A stretch of DNA of 64,000 nt, taken from the NCBI GenBank assembly GCA_013265495.1, contig MU058781.1, forward strand, positions 3,969,050-4,033,049. The letters are read 5' to 3'. The stretch is from Vicugna vicugna. Its lineage: Eukaryota. Position 1 is the first letter of the stretch, and each line of letters opens with the position of its first letter. Both the position numbers and the translations under genes were made by a program. Below, one piece after another: positions 1-12,925 of the stretch. The notes under the pieces were generated by a model. The model saw only the letters and a list, made by a program, of their open reading frames with translations, did not search any database and was not told the DNA's origin.

Positions 1-1503
1 AATAGTTCTCCAACTTTTATTACACTATTAGGCTGTGCCTTTATTTTTAGTGCTCAAGGTGAGTGTGTCCACTTCTCAGGAGAAATAAGGCAGACTGAAA
101 TATTATAACTAGTCAATAGCAATCGTGGAAAGACTTAGAGTTTATTGTGACTACCACATGCACAGGCCCTTCATGTGTCATTCGTATCGTGAGTCCTCGT
201 TTCAGGCTTTGCAAACAATACAACTTTTTGTGACTGCACTCAATTTCGATTTCAGTTTCTGTCTAGTGCTCCCATTCCAAAGAGCTGCAGAAACTTAATC
301 TTAGTCATTTTGAGGTTGGGGCTGGTTGGCGGTGTGTGTGGTGGGTTGTCGCCTGTCAGCCCAGGATGCTCCCCCGCCTCCTCGTTCACACCTGGCCTCC
401 AGTCCGTGATGTGTGGGGCACCGCCTCATCCGGCTCGTTCTGATGAGGCCCCTTGGGTCTGGGTCCCCCTTGGCCACTTTTTTGCCTTTCTCTGGAGCAC
501 AGACAATACTGAGCTGTGATTTCATCCTTGACACAGCTCCTACTAAGCTCTGCTGTTTCCCCTCATGCTGGGCTCAAGGGACTTTGAGGTCACAGGGACT
601 TGGGTCTTTAAAGCCTGCTGGGTTTCTCCCCACCGTCTTCCCTTTCTGGGCTTGGCCCCAGCTGGGCTGAGAAGAGGTCAGAGGCAGGGCTCTTTCTGGA
701 ACCACACGGCAACGATGAACTCTCTTGATGCCTATTGCTTTCTCTCTTCTCTCAAGGATGGGATTTTACCTCGGTTCAGTTGGGTTGACTTGGCATCAGA
801 GCATCTTCCCAAATGTATTGTTCAGGGCATAGTTTTATGTTCTGTTACCTTCATCTTCATCCCAGTAGAGAGGTTGATGTTGAGGCAGATGAAGTCGCTG
901 CCCAGCGTTGATGAAGTCAGGAAATGGGGAAAGGAGGATTTGTTGAGTTTTAAAGCTGGCACTCCCTCCACCAGGCTAGACTGGCTCTACAGACAAAGAA
1001 GTGTTTCTGAGAGAAAAAGGGGGGTGAGAAAAATGGGGATCTTTTGGCATTTCAACTCTCATATGAAGACTGCGGTGACTTGTGTGGGACCAAGTCAAGG
1101 AGCATTGCTGTCTTCTGCTGGGTAGGGGGAGAAGGTCTCAGTTGTTGGGACAAAGTGGAGATGGAACATTTTCAGCTCTTGTTTCTAAGTTTGCAGGACA
1201 CAGTCCAGGTGGAGAGAGTCCTAGAACTGGATCCACAGGGGCCAAGGGGCAGGTGGGCCACACTGGACTCAGTGATTGATCAGGTTTGGAGTTTGGAAAA
1301 CAGGCTTTAGTCTGTGTGCCAAAAAAACAACGCTTACACATGGCATGGTTCCTCTGACTTTGGGAAAAGACCTGGTAAATGCAGACCATGGTTCTACCTT
1401 CTCTGATTCCTGCTGCAAGTGGCATTTCTTCCATTTTGAGAGATTTTACTCATTTCAAAGCACTAGGAAATAAGCTTTTGTGATTTGTGATGAAAGCTGT
1501 ATT

Positions 1504-1525
1504 CCTCCTTCCCTCCTTCCCTCCT

Positions 1526-1557
<32 letters not shown>

Positions 1558-1577
1558 GCACACACACACACGCACAC
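1504..1577. repeat. Compound microsatellite (CCTT/CCCT)n(CT)n(CA)n
   Basis: Directly visible. Confidence 0.95.
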
Positions 1578-3064
1578 CCAGAGGGTCTCCACAAATGACT
1601 GACTTGGGGATGACACCACATTCTCTTTATTCTTTGTTAAAACCACATCTTTTCATTCTCTCTCACTCTTGGTTTCTCTCTCACTTGTCATGCTTCGTGG
1701 TGGTTTGCCCAAATATTACTCTTGCAAGATATTATCACCAAGGAACAGGGAACAGGAAATCATATAAACATTCTTATTTTGTATACCTCTTCACCTTTTC
1801 AACTTCTACACGTTTTGAAAGAAGTTGGAAGTTAGAACACTCTCCGAAGCATGACTTTTCCTGTTACTCAGCTTCCCCAAACCTCATGAAAGGAGAATAA
1901 TAGGAATGTTGACTGGGGAACACATTGGGGAGGGTCCGAGCTGCGTATCTGGCATGTCCCACTTGTGTGAAAATGTATACGTGAAAAACCTGTTGGAAGT
2001 AAATGTACCGGTGTGTTGATGGCGGTTATCTCTGGCTTGTGAGATTGTGGACACATTTGAATTTCTTCTTTATATCGTTCAGCTCGACGGCTCTTCTTTT
2101 TCACCAAACTTGCCTCCAAATGACTTTTTCTGTTTCCAAAACCACATGCATTCTCAAAGACAGAGATTTGCTGCTTTTAACAATATTTTTTAAAATGTAC
2201 AGCAGGGTTTGAAGGAAATCACACACAAAAGAGATTTTCAGCACAGTTTAGAGCACTGGCAATTCCTTGGAATAATTGGATGAGGTGACTGATTTGAAGG
2301 AACAGCGTTCATTCTGTTATATAATTTGTGGCAGCATCAGACGTGATGCTTTGATAGTTAGGTCCATAGATGGAAAGAAAAGATAGCCTTTTCTATTGTT
2401 CAGTTTTTTTAAAAACTCCAGATCAATGTACCATGTGAATGTACTAATTCAACCAGTCATCTGGAAAATTCCTGTATATGAAAAGTAAATATGTATCTTA
2501 AAAAAAACCCCAGTTCATTGAATTCTTTTATATAAAGCAAATCTTTCGGCTTACGTAAATAGAAAGAGGAACTACACTGCATTTGAAACTAAATTGTGAA
2601 AAAAAATGTGATTCTGAACAATTGTCCCTGCTTTCAAATATAGAATATGAAAATCAAAGATTATTTGCTCTCATACACAAAAGTATGTTTTATTAAGAAA
2701 ATGAGACATATAGAACTGTAACATTGAGAGTGAATATTAACTTTTCACAGATTTTGCCTTGTAAGTGTTTTAATTAGGTAACTTCTTGAGCTCACGTTTA
2801 TTTTTATTAATAGATTTTTGGATGGGAAAGGGAAAATTTTAACTCAATATCCTGTGGAATTGATAATTGAATATTATATTTATCAAAAGAAGACAAAATA
2901 GATGAAATTGAGTGTTAATAGATCAGAAATATTTATCTGATTGACAAAAACTCAGTCACATTTTCCTTTCCAATGAACATTTCATGAATATTTGAATGCC
3001 TCCTGTGGTTACTGTGTACATAGCCTTATGCTGGCCCCTGTATGTACAGTAACAATGTGTTTCT

Positions 3065-3118
3065 GTTTTTGTTTTTGTTTTTGTTTTGTGGGGGAGGTAA
3101 TTGGGTTTGTTTGTTTGT

Positions 3119-3153
<35 letters not shown>

Positions 3154-3231
3154 TTGGCGGTACTGGGGATTGAACCTAGGACCTCATGCATGCTAGGCAG
3201 GCACTCTACCACTGAGTTATACCCTTCCCCC
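3065..3231 (-). mobile_element. tRNA-derived SINE (camelid Vic-1-like)
   Basis: Minus strand reads GGGGAAGGGTATAACTCAGTGGTAGAG...GGTTCAATCCCCAGTACC (A and B boxes) with (AAAT)n/(AAAAAC)n tail; TSD aacaatgYgtttct at 3051-3064 and 3232-3245. Confidence 0.9.
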
Positions 3232-3614
3232 AACAATGCGTTTCTAAGTAACTATTGGAAGCCTTATTCTGACAAGGATGGGGGATAATGGTACAGAATA
3301 TTTGTAATTAACAGGGTTTTATTGCCTGTACTATATTCATATGATCCCTGTTCTCCATGACTTCATAGTCTTATTGATAATGTTTCAAATATGCAATTAT
3401 TAAATAATATATCAGGCTGAGTTCTAGAAAGTGTTCTATTGAATATAAACAAGTGCCAAAATATAGGACATAGAAAAGCAGGGTCTGGAGTGGTCAAAGT
3501 GTAGAGGATCTGAAGTTAACCAGGGAAGTTTTCATGAACGAGGTGGTCTTGAAGGGTGGTCCATGCAAGGATCAGGTGGTAACCTGGCTGTAGTTTGGAT
3601 TAGACCTTGCAACA

Positions 3615-4310
3615 TTCAGTTATGCTGTATAGCAAACAACTCCCTCCAGATCTCAGTGACTTGCATCAAAGACTTTCTTTTTCTTTTTCTTTTTTAACAT
3701 TTTTTTATTGACTTATAATCATTTTACAATGTTGTGTCAAATTCCAGTGTCGAGCACAATTTTCAGTTATACATGAACGTATATATTCATTGTCACATTT
3801 TTTTCTCTGTGAGCTACCATAAGATCTTGTGTATATTTCCCTGTGCTGTACAGTATAATCTTGTTTATCTATTCTATAATTTTGAAAAAAGGCATTTCAT
3901 TTTCTTGCTTACAGGTCTGTTGGGTGGCTGAGATTCAGTTGATCTTGGTTGGACTCAGCTGGGCATGGCTCCAAATTCCAAGTCCACTTTGGGTCTGCTT
4001 CCTAGATCTCTGCCTGGAACTGGCACCACCTGGGGCAGGGACTTCTCGTGGTTATGGCACAAGAGACCGACTCGAACCAGGCAAGCACATTTAAAGCCTC
4101 TGCTACATTATTTTCACTAACATTCTGTTGTCCAAAGCAAGTCCTGGGGGCCTAGCCAATTATCAATGGGGCGAGGAAATACACTGCGTTGATTCTCATG
4201 AGAGAGACCACAAGTTACATGGCAGAGGTCATGGATATATAATTCTATACAACAGGGAAAGAGGGATGAGAGGGCAGCCATCATTCAATCTGCTGCAGTC
4301 ACATATTTGA
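3615..4310. mobile_element. Old MaLR (MLT1-type) LTR, interrupted by an L1 fragment
   Basis: Typical MLT1 motifs (gttatgctgtatagcaaacaac...ctcagtgacttg; cattctgttgtccaaagcaagtc). Boundaries approximate. Confidence 0.6.
3675..3887 (-). mobile_element. Young L1 3' UTR fragment
   Basis: T-rich tail followed by sequence nearly identical to the reverse complement of 62680-62879. Confidence 0.9.
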
Positions 4311-4473
4311 GGAAATAGCTGAAAAACTGCACACAGTACAGATAAGGACCCCAAGTGAAGAACACAGGTATAGATCATTGTGCTGGCCTGAAATGAAAAG
4401 ACATAAAGACATGATCTCTAAGATTTTAGAGGTTTGTGACAGGACTAATGCTAACCAGTTCATCTTTCTGGAC

Positions 4474-4525
4474 TAAAAAAAAAAAATATATATATATATA
4501 TATATATTTTTGGTCATATATATAT
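4474..4525. repeat. (A)n(TA)n microsatellite
   Basis: Directly visible. Confidence 0.9.
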
Positions 4526-5039
4526 GACCAAAGTTAAATCAGAACTTGAGTTGGAAGAAAATCTTCTCTATTTGGGGGCTAAAACAGTGGCAGAAATTAC
4601 CGAAAGAGGTGAAGCGTCCGTTTCTGACTCTTCAAGGGAGAGAGCTGCGTCTTGTCTCACAGAGGTGCCTGCAGAAGATGAACCCTTCAAGCATTTTTCG
4701 GTTCTATGTTTGTGATGTCAGTGTTACTTCCCCTCCCAAAATCCCCAACAGTGGCCGAGTGTCAGAATGCCCCATGACAAGACCCATGACGGCCTTTGCG
4801 AGTTCTTCTTTTGGTCTCTGGTAGGAAGTGATGGAGGAGGAGTGAAAGGCTGGAGGTCTGTTTTGGGGCCACGTTCTTGGGATGGCTAATTGATGTCAGG
4901 TTGCCGCCCCAGGGAGCCTGGTTGCCAACCCCTGGCAGCCTCCCTGTGCTGAAGCGTATTGTGTGGGGGACCACAGATGCCTGGACCACAGACTGGGCTT
5001 CAAACATAAACCAGATTCTACTTTGAAAGTCTGCATTCA

Positions 5040-5202
5040 GATCTTAGGACTCTCAGACGTAATGCAAGTGGAACTAAATGTTATTGAACCTCCATGTGCA
5101 GCCAGGGACGGTACCAGTGACCTTGCAGGGCTGTTGGGCAGATTAAATGAGAAAATATATGTAAAGATCCCAGCACATAGTCAGTCTTAAATAATCAGTA
5201 GC
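5040..5202 (+). mobile_element. MIR SINE
   Basis: MIR 3' core: gggctgttgggcagattaaatgagaaaatatatgtaaag...cagcacatag. Confidence 0.7.
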
Positions 5203-5410
5203 TTTTTTTTTTTTACAGCATCGAAAACATCCTGTTATTTGGAAACAATTGGATGATTTTTTTTTCTTTTTAAAATTTAGTTCGGTGGTATACAGATACT
5301 GCTAGCTTCAAGCAGTATATTGCCACTTGCAGGCTGAAGCTCTGGGAAAAGTTTCTCAGATGCTCCCAGCTAGGGAAGTCTGGTTAAGAAACCCTTCCCA
5401 AGAAAAGTTT

Positions 5411-5577
5411 TGTTTTGTTTTTTTTTAGAATTTTTTTTTCCTTTTTGGGGGGCAGAGAGGAAAGTAATTGGGTTTATTTATTTATTTATTATTTTTTTTA
5501 ATGGAGGTACTGGGGATTGACCCCAGGACCTCGTGCATGCTAAACACGAGCTCTACCACTGAGCTATACCTTCCCCC
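5411..5577 (-). mobile_element. tRNA-derived SINE (Vic-1-like)
   Basis: Minus strand GGGGAAGGTATAGCTCAGTGGTAGAGCTCG...GGGTCAATCCCCAGTACC with A-rich tail; imperfect TSD ccaagaaaNNttt at 5398-5410 and 5580-5592. Confidence 0.9.
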
Positions 5578-6759
5578 GACCAAGAAATCTTTATTGAAAG
5601 GCAACATTATCTGGCCTTGGGCCCCACTGCAGAGGAGTAGCAGGTGATGTGCACAGGTCTCCTTGAATCTCATTGGTTTCCAGATCCCCAGACATGCACT
5701 TGACCTGACTGCCTGGTAGTTTGCTGCAGGGTGAAAGCAGTGTCTCATCCAGGGTTGTGGGGTCCATAGTGTTAAGCATAATGGATTATAAACTCCAGGC
5801 ACTCAGTTAATGAATGTTTGCTGAATGATTGTATACATCCAGAACCCATATCCCCAGTGCACGTGTACCATCTACATCAGCTCAGCACTGCACTGAATTT
5901 CAAATTGTGGGCTAAAAACCTACATATAGTCTATGATTATACCTTAGGTTATAGGAGGCGTTCTGTCTTCTAAGACCCTCACATCAGCTGAGTTTGAGAA
6001 CCAGGACCCCGTGTTGAATTAGCTCCAAGATGAACAACACTGGCAGCAAAGGTTTAATTAAGCTTCAATAGACCTCTCACCAAATTTCCTGAGAACTTTT
6101 ATTTCCTCTGTCAAAGGATAAAACTAGACTCAGGGGAACTTCCCCAGAAGGGGCCAAACCTGGTGGCCTCTTGTGGGTTCCACATGGGAACCCACCAGGA
6201 TGTCACCCAGCCTTTGTCAAGTTCCGCCTGATTTCCTGTCCCCCAGCCAGCTGTACCTGTTCACACTACTGGGAGACCTGGCCCTGACCCGGACTTGGGC
6301 TGTCAGCATCACTGGTTCCCCTGCCAGGTTCCCAGAGGCTGGATTTCTTGCCTCTGAACTTGTTTCCCTCAGCCCTTGACCCTGTTCCTACACTGACTAC
6401 CCCCAACACAACGCCCCCCAAGCTCACCACAAGTGCACCTGCCAGTCCCCCTATCTGAGTGGATAGCCTAGAGTTTGTATCTCAACCCACAGAACTTGAA
6501 CTTGAGTCCTAATTCTCATTCTGTCTCTTTAATCCATGAACTTCCTGTTGACATTTGCATTTCCAGTTATGCCCATAAATTCAGACGCCTCCTGGCTCCA
6601 AGCAGATCACATCATGAGTGGAGCTGGTGGGCAGCGTGGGAGGTGGGTGAGAATGGCAGGGGCCTCTCTGCTAATCCTTTGCTTCCCCACCTGGGAGGAC
6701 ACACAGTGCAGAGCAAGAGTTCTCTGCCCCGAGACAAATAGCAGAGTGAGACGCTGAGT

Positions 6760-7050
6760 GGCTACCGGCATCCACCCCAATTCAGCTGTAGGGCAGGGGG
6801 TTGCAGGGGGTGAGGGAGGCAGGAACCGGAGGGCAGATGAGCCTCACGTGGCTGGACAAAGGAGGGTGTGTATGTCACAATTCTGGCCAGTGTCCCCAAC
6901 TCTTGCTCCATTATTTTCAAAAGAATGCAAACATCTGGATTTTTACATGAAATACCCTGATTTTCAGCACTGGCTGGTTTATTTTCAAAACTCCGTGCTG
7001 GCCAAGTAAAACCGCCTGTGAGCTGGGTTCAGACTGTGGGCTACTGGTTG
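6760..7050 (+). mobile_element. hAT-Charlie MITE relic (MER102-like)
   Basis: ctggatttttacatgaaataccctgattttcagcactggc...aaaactccgtgctggccaag resembles the recalled consensus. Confidence 0.5.
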
Positions 7051-8189
7051 GAGGACTGGCTCCCTGAGGCCCCTCCCAAGCGTCAGTTTGATTCCTTGGG
7101 GTGTCATTTTGATCCACCTTTCCCGTGTAAAAGGTCACACGGGGGAGCGGAAGAGCCAGGGTCTGAACCCACATCTTTCAACTCCACGTCCATGGGTCTG
7201 GCTGCCACAGTGAGTGACTTCCCAGCCACTGAGTTTCTCGACACGCATCCTGATGTGCTTGTGCCTGGGATGAAGGGCCTTCATTCAGCTCTCATAAACG
7301 CTGTGTCCACCAGACCCCAAAGGTCTGTCTGGGCTGATGAGGTTCAGGGCTGTCCAGTGATGCTCTCCCAACACAGTGGGAGCCTGGGTGGCCTTGCACA
7401 GTGGCCTCAGAACATCTCCTGTCTCGGCCTGCAGGTGTGCGGGGGGGCCTGCCTGGGCCAGCAGAAGTGGCCTGGAGCACCTCAGGCTGGGGATGCAGGA
7501 CGCTGAGCTCTCCTCCTGTGGCCTTCCCTTCCACCTTGGATATGACCGTCTCTCAGATTTCTCCCTCAGGTGAGCCTGGGGCGAAGGCCACCTACCACAC
7601 TGACCCTGTCATCTGAATTTGGACCCAGACGCTCTGAGTGTTAGCACCGCCTTTGCGCTAATCTCCCAGCGTGACTTTGGGCCTCTTTCTTCACCTCATT
7701 GAGCCTTAGAGTCCATACCTGCAAAATGACAGGCTCCGCCAGTGTATCTGTGGAGACTCTGAGCGCAGTGACAGAAAACCCGACTCAAGCAGGCAAAGGC
7801 ACAGTCTTGAAATGACGGTTGACGTCATTAAATAAAAATAGCAGGGCTTTGAGCAGTATTTCCGTAAATTGGTCTCGGACCCCTCAGCTCCGCTCTCCTC
7901 AATTTTGGCTTCCTTTCAAGGTGAATGCCGGGCACTCCAGGTCTAAAACTTCCTGGATTCAAGTGCAGTGAAAAAGAGGAAGGCGGCCTCTCTCTGCACG
8001 GCAGCAGCTAAAGGGATACGGCGGTGTGTCACTGGCGCCGGCTGTGTCGGGCGCCCTCCTCTGGGCCGGCCCCTCAGGCCAGAGAAATGCAGGGCACAGA
8101 AATGTGTCGCGCGCTCACCTCACTCAAAACACCCGTGGGCTGAGCACGTGGGAGGAAGTCAGGGTGTGGCCAGCCTGGCAGAGCGGTAC

Positions 8190-9560
8190 TGGGTATTAAA
8201 CTTTATTATCAGTTTAATTTTTGTTTTTGATATGTACAACACTGAAATGTTACCCAAAGTCAAAACCATACAGAAAGGAAGGCTCAGAGAAGCACCCCGC
8301 TGTGCACCCCGTAGGAAACCAACTACCTTCTTTTTCGGTTTGTTCTTCCAGTGCTGCTTTTGGGAAAGAGAAGCAGATACAAGCAAAGCTTATAATTTCC
8401 CTTCTTTCTTCTACCAAAGATAGCAGATGATATATGCTCTTTTGCACTTTGTCGTTTCACTTAAACGTAGCTCCTGGAAATCATTCCGTATCGATTCACA
8501 GAGCCCTTCCTCATATTTTTTTTAATGTCTAAGAAACTCATTGCATGTGCGTGTGCCATATTTTATTCAGCTGATCTCCTGTGCTTGGGCATTTAGGTAG
8601 TTTCCCGTATTTTGCAACTGTAAATTATGCTGCAATGAGTATCTGTATTTTTATATTGCTGGAGGTACATATTTGGGATATGTTTCTAGACGAGAAATAG
8701 CTGGGGAGAAGGGTAAATGCGTACATGGCTTTATTCGATATTGCCAAGTTCCGCTCCATAGAGGAGGTCCCATATCACATGCCCACCAGCAGTGTTCCTG
8801 AGGACCTGTTTCTCTAGTCTCACCAACAGAGGGTATTGTTAAAGTTTTGAGGAAAAAAATTGTTTTCCAAAATGATGGGTAAAAAAAAGCAATGTGGACT
8901 TAATTTGCATTTTTATTGAATGAAATACACATTTTCATGTGTAAGGACCAGTTTTATATTTCTTTTAATGAACTGTCTGTTCATGTCTTTTGTCCTCTTT
9001 TCTAATGGATTTCTGGTCTCTCTTAATTTTTAAAATATTAGATATGGGTTCTTTCTGAGCTATGCTACAAATATTTTTCTGTCAGTTTTCATTTGTGTTT
9101 TGAAAATGCGAAAGCTTTTTTTGGTAGTCAAATTTACCAATTTCTCCATTCTAGCATATAGAGTTTTAGTCATATTGAAAAAAATCTTTTCCTACTTAGA
9201 TTACATCAAAGTCCATCCATGTTTTCTTCCTAGTATTTATGCAGTTTCATTTTGCATCTAGATCTTTGATTCGTTTGGCAATTCTTCTTGTATCTAGTGC
9301 AAGAAATAGATCTAAATTAACTTTTAAATGAGTATGCAATTGGCCCAACACCAGGAATCCCCAGTGATTTCAGGGCATCACCTTCATCATAACCTAGATT
9401 TCTTTAAGTATTTGGGCCTCCTGGTTGACTTCCCATTTCATTCCACTGATCTGTTGGTCTTTTCAAGCTTTGATACCACACTGTTTGGATTACAGAGGTT
9501 TCACAGTACGTATTAATATCTTGTGGGACCATTCCTCTTTCATAGAAGATTGTTTTTAAA
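8190..9560 (-). mobile_element. Ancient L1 (L1M) ORF2/3' relic
   Basis: T-rich degenerate L1 antisense motifs (tttaggtagtttcc...tatgctgcaatgag; cccatttcattccactgatct). Confidence 0.75.
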
Positions 9561-9569
9561 CAAGAGGAG

Positions 9570-10390
9570 TTCTTACAGAGTATTTGTAGGGTGAGGGAAA
9601 TGACCAAGTAGAGAGATGAGTCAGGAGAGAGGCGGCAATAGTGATGCCCTCGATTAGGCACAAGTGGAGAATTCTGAAAGGAGCCAGAGAATCCAGATGT
9701 GGAAGCTGATAGATTTGTTGGTGAGAAGAATGCTCTTCTGACTTAATTTTCCAGTGAAATAAGAACCAAGGTCATCGGCCAAGTGTGGAGAGAGGGCAGA
9801 AGAAGAGGGAATCACTCGGACAACGCTAAGGGCCCACTTGAGGTTTGTGGTCGTAAATAGAAAGCAAGACCCGTCTGCTGGTCACACGTTTCTCTCTGGC
9901 CTCACACAATGGCTTGAGTTTGGGAGCTAAGTAGACAAGGAGGTGAGTTTCAACAGAGTTGGGATTTAGCCAAACAAACATGACAAACAGAGAGAGGGGT
10001 TAAGTAGTAGAGGGAATGTGAATGCAAGTGAGCAGAAGGAAGGGCCAGGGATCCAAGCTGGGTAAGGAGAGACATGAGGACAGTGGGCAAGAGGGCTAGA
10101 TGTGAGGAAGGTGGTGGTGACAGTGGATTAAGATCCTGAAAGGGTTTAAGAAATGTTGGCATCTTTGAAAGGGGAGGTCATGGTCCTGGGAGCGGGGGGA
10201 TAAGATGGACTAGAAGAAAAGATGTCAATAAAGATTTAAAAAATCTGAAGGGCAGAATGTAGGTAGGTTGTCTTTGTGATTGTGATGATAGGGACAGACA
10301 CAGTGAGCCAGATCCTAAGATCTTCGTGAGTAAAGGGCGGTGGCTGGGAGGTTGGAGGTGCCCACAAAAGAGAGTGGGGAGTGGGTAGGA
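9570..10390 (-). mobile_element. L2 relic
   Basis: Purine-rich L2 antisense motifs (ttttccagtgaaataagaaccaaggtcatc; gatcctaagatcttcgtgag). Confidence 0.55.
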
Positions 10391-12369
10391 TCTCAATTAA
10401 ACAGTCCTCATGGACCCGCAGAATTTTAGCACTAAGAAGTTCAGGTCCCCATCTACCCTAGGAGTCTCCTCTTGCTCCTTTTCAGCCTGTTCCCCTGGCA
10501 ACCTTCTGGGGTTGGATTAAGCTGTGAAGACTGAGTCTAAGAGGTTTGCCTAAGAGATTTCTCTTAAAGTTTGTATAGCCTGACATTCCTTAAAACTCAA
10601 AGGCAACTTGAAAGCCTTTAGGGAGATCTTAGAGAGTCAAGTGGAACTCTTTCTGCAGGGCTGGCATGAGTTGCACCATAGGAAAGGTCCTGGCATTCCT
10701 CTGCAGTGGAGGCCAGGTGAATGGAGAGGTTCCTTGTTGTCACACAGGAATGCAAGAGGGTGACTCTCAAACAGTCAGTTACCCTGAACAGCCTACCCTG
10801 ACTCCAAAGTCAAAGCCATGGCTCTTTCTAAAAGATCTCTTATGTGTTAAAAACCATCCTTCACCTTCAATGATCCTACATTATCCAGACGTCTTGAGAA
10901 TCCTCACACATCTGAGATTAGATCCTAGACGATGATGTGTCCCAGCCAGGTGAACTGGACCTGGGCCACCTTCAGAGGACCAAAGCTGTAATGAGCCCTG
11001 GTTGAATGGGTGATCCCATTGTGGCTTTGGCCATACAGCTGAGGCTGACCGTGACTGAAACCTGTTGGCAGGAAGGGCCCAGGCCTCCATGAGGGAAAAT
11101 TTGATAATGTTAGCCTTTGGGGGAACAGGAGTAATTAATGGACTTAGGATGGGGTCCACGTATGAGGTGACAAGTGGGAGATGTGGACTGTCAGATCTGA
11201 GTCTTCGTTAAGAATGAGAGATTATGGTCTACAGCCAGTTAAGACGTAAGCAGTAAGATTCAGATCCCTGTTATTTTCAGTCATGTCTAGTAATTCAGAC
11301 ATTGGCACAGAGGCAGAAGAAAGGTGCACACCAGACTTGGAGCCCACTGACTCGTGCTCACACGGACAGGAAAGAACAGGTAAGAAAAACGCATCTCTGC
11401 TTCCATGCTGTGTCTCAGGAGGTCCTATGTGGAGAAGAGGCGAGGGCCTATCAGCTCTTACCCTTGGGCTGTAATTTGCCAATGGAACTGGGTTCCCAGA
11501 TTGACAGATGGAGCCTGGACTTGGGTAGGAGAGGGGGAGGGGTTGGGATGTGAGGTTCCAGACACCTCCACCCTCACCCATTCGCACAGCTTCCTTTGCT
11601 CAGAAAGAAGTGGTGCTTGAGCGTCACCAACCCTGAATCCGCATCCGAACAAGATACCTCAGATCCTGGAGAGACACCCCCCCGACTCCCACACACGTGT
11701 ACGTTCAAATCCACAAACCCAACGTTGTTGTTGTTCTCACTCAGACACTCGAGCAGCAGCTTGCTCAGTAACCTGAGGTCCTGGGCGAGAGAGAAGAGTC
11801 TCATCACACAGAGAACAGGTTTCAAACCCCAAACATCAGTTTGTTAAAATACGCAGATCAGTGGGGGTGCTCTGTGATGAATAAAGGCTCCCCCAAATCT
11901 CACGCCTCCCACAGCTTTTGGAAAGCTCTGTGTCTGTCTACGACACCCAGCTCCACGTGCAGACCCCCTTTTACAGGTGGGCTTTTTGGACTCAAGTCCC
12001 TAGACAAGCCAGTCTTGGGAACAGTAGACCTTTGACTGTCCCATCGTGTTTAAATCTTTAGGCAAGATCTCTTCTGTTAGCCACGAGACATAAGAAAGTT
12101 ACCCTTTAATTTAGTGACGTCACAGGATTTTGCTCTCGGGTAAGTTACTGTGTGTTTTTCAGGAGCTTTCTTTAGCTTGTTTGCCTCTCTACTACGTAAA
12201 TGAACGACCACAAGCAAATCTGAGTTTTCTCTTCCCTTTTGGCTTGATGCTCGCTTGTGCGACATAGAGGATATTTATTTATAGAGTAAGTTTTTTTTCC
12301 CCACAGTTTGGTCTATTTCCTTCTAGATACATATACATATATATCTGGGTTGATATTCTAAGTATTGTG

Positions 12370-12925
12370 TTTTAAAATTAAGATATAATTTGCATACCAT
12401 AAAATTCACCATTTAGAGTGTACAGTTCAGTGGGTTTTAGTATATTCACAAAATTCTGCAGCCATCACCACTGATTCCAGAACATTTTCACCACTGCAAA
12501 AAGCCACTCCTGTCACTTGGGGAAAATGTTACCTGAGTGTAGGGAACTGTTGATTAGCCACGTTCCCAGACTCCAGGCAAAAGTGAACCTTGCCAGCAGG
12601 CCTTTCTAAGGACAGGCAGTCTCAGGCCTGTTTCGTGAACTCTTCTGCGCGGTAGGAGTTCTGTATGCATTCAGGATCCTAGGCCTTTATAAAGTTACAC
12701 GTGGTGCAAATATCTTTTCCTACTCTCCCGATTCATCTTTTGCTTTCTTTATGGTATCTTTTGATACATGAATGTTTTTAATTTTAACATAGCCAACTCT
12801 ATTATTTTTTCCCTTAATGGTTAGCATTTCTTGTTTGTTTTTTTTTAATTGAAGTGTAGTTGGTTCACAATGTTGTGTTAATTTCTAGTGTACAGCATAG
12901 TGATTCAGTTCTATATATATATATA
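12370..12925 (-). mobile_element. Cluster of L1 3'-end fragments (L1MB-like, plus a younger end at 12835-12925) with an LTR-like piece at ~12520-12650
   Basis: gatataatttgcataccataaaattcacc...; ttttaattgaagtgtagttggttcacaatgttgtgttaatttc. Confidence 0.7.

Noticed and set aside
565..1125. 186-aa ORF
   Set aside because: No recognisable domain or exon context; length compatible with chance given alternative start codons.
3160..3231. tRNA-like sequences (also 5505-5577 and 60190-60262)
   Set aside because: These are SINE heads with A-rich tails and TSDs, not tRNA genes.
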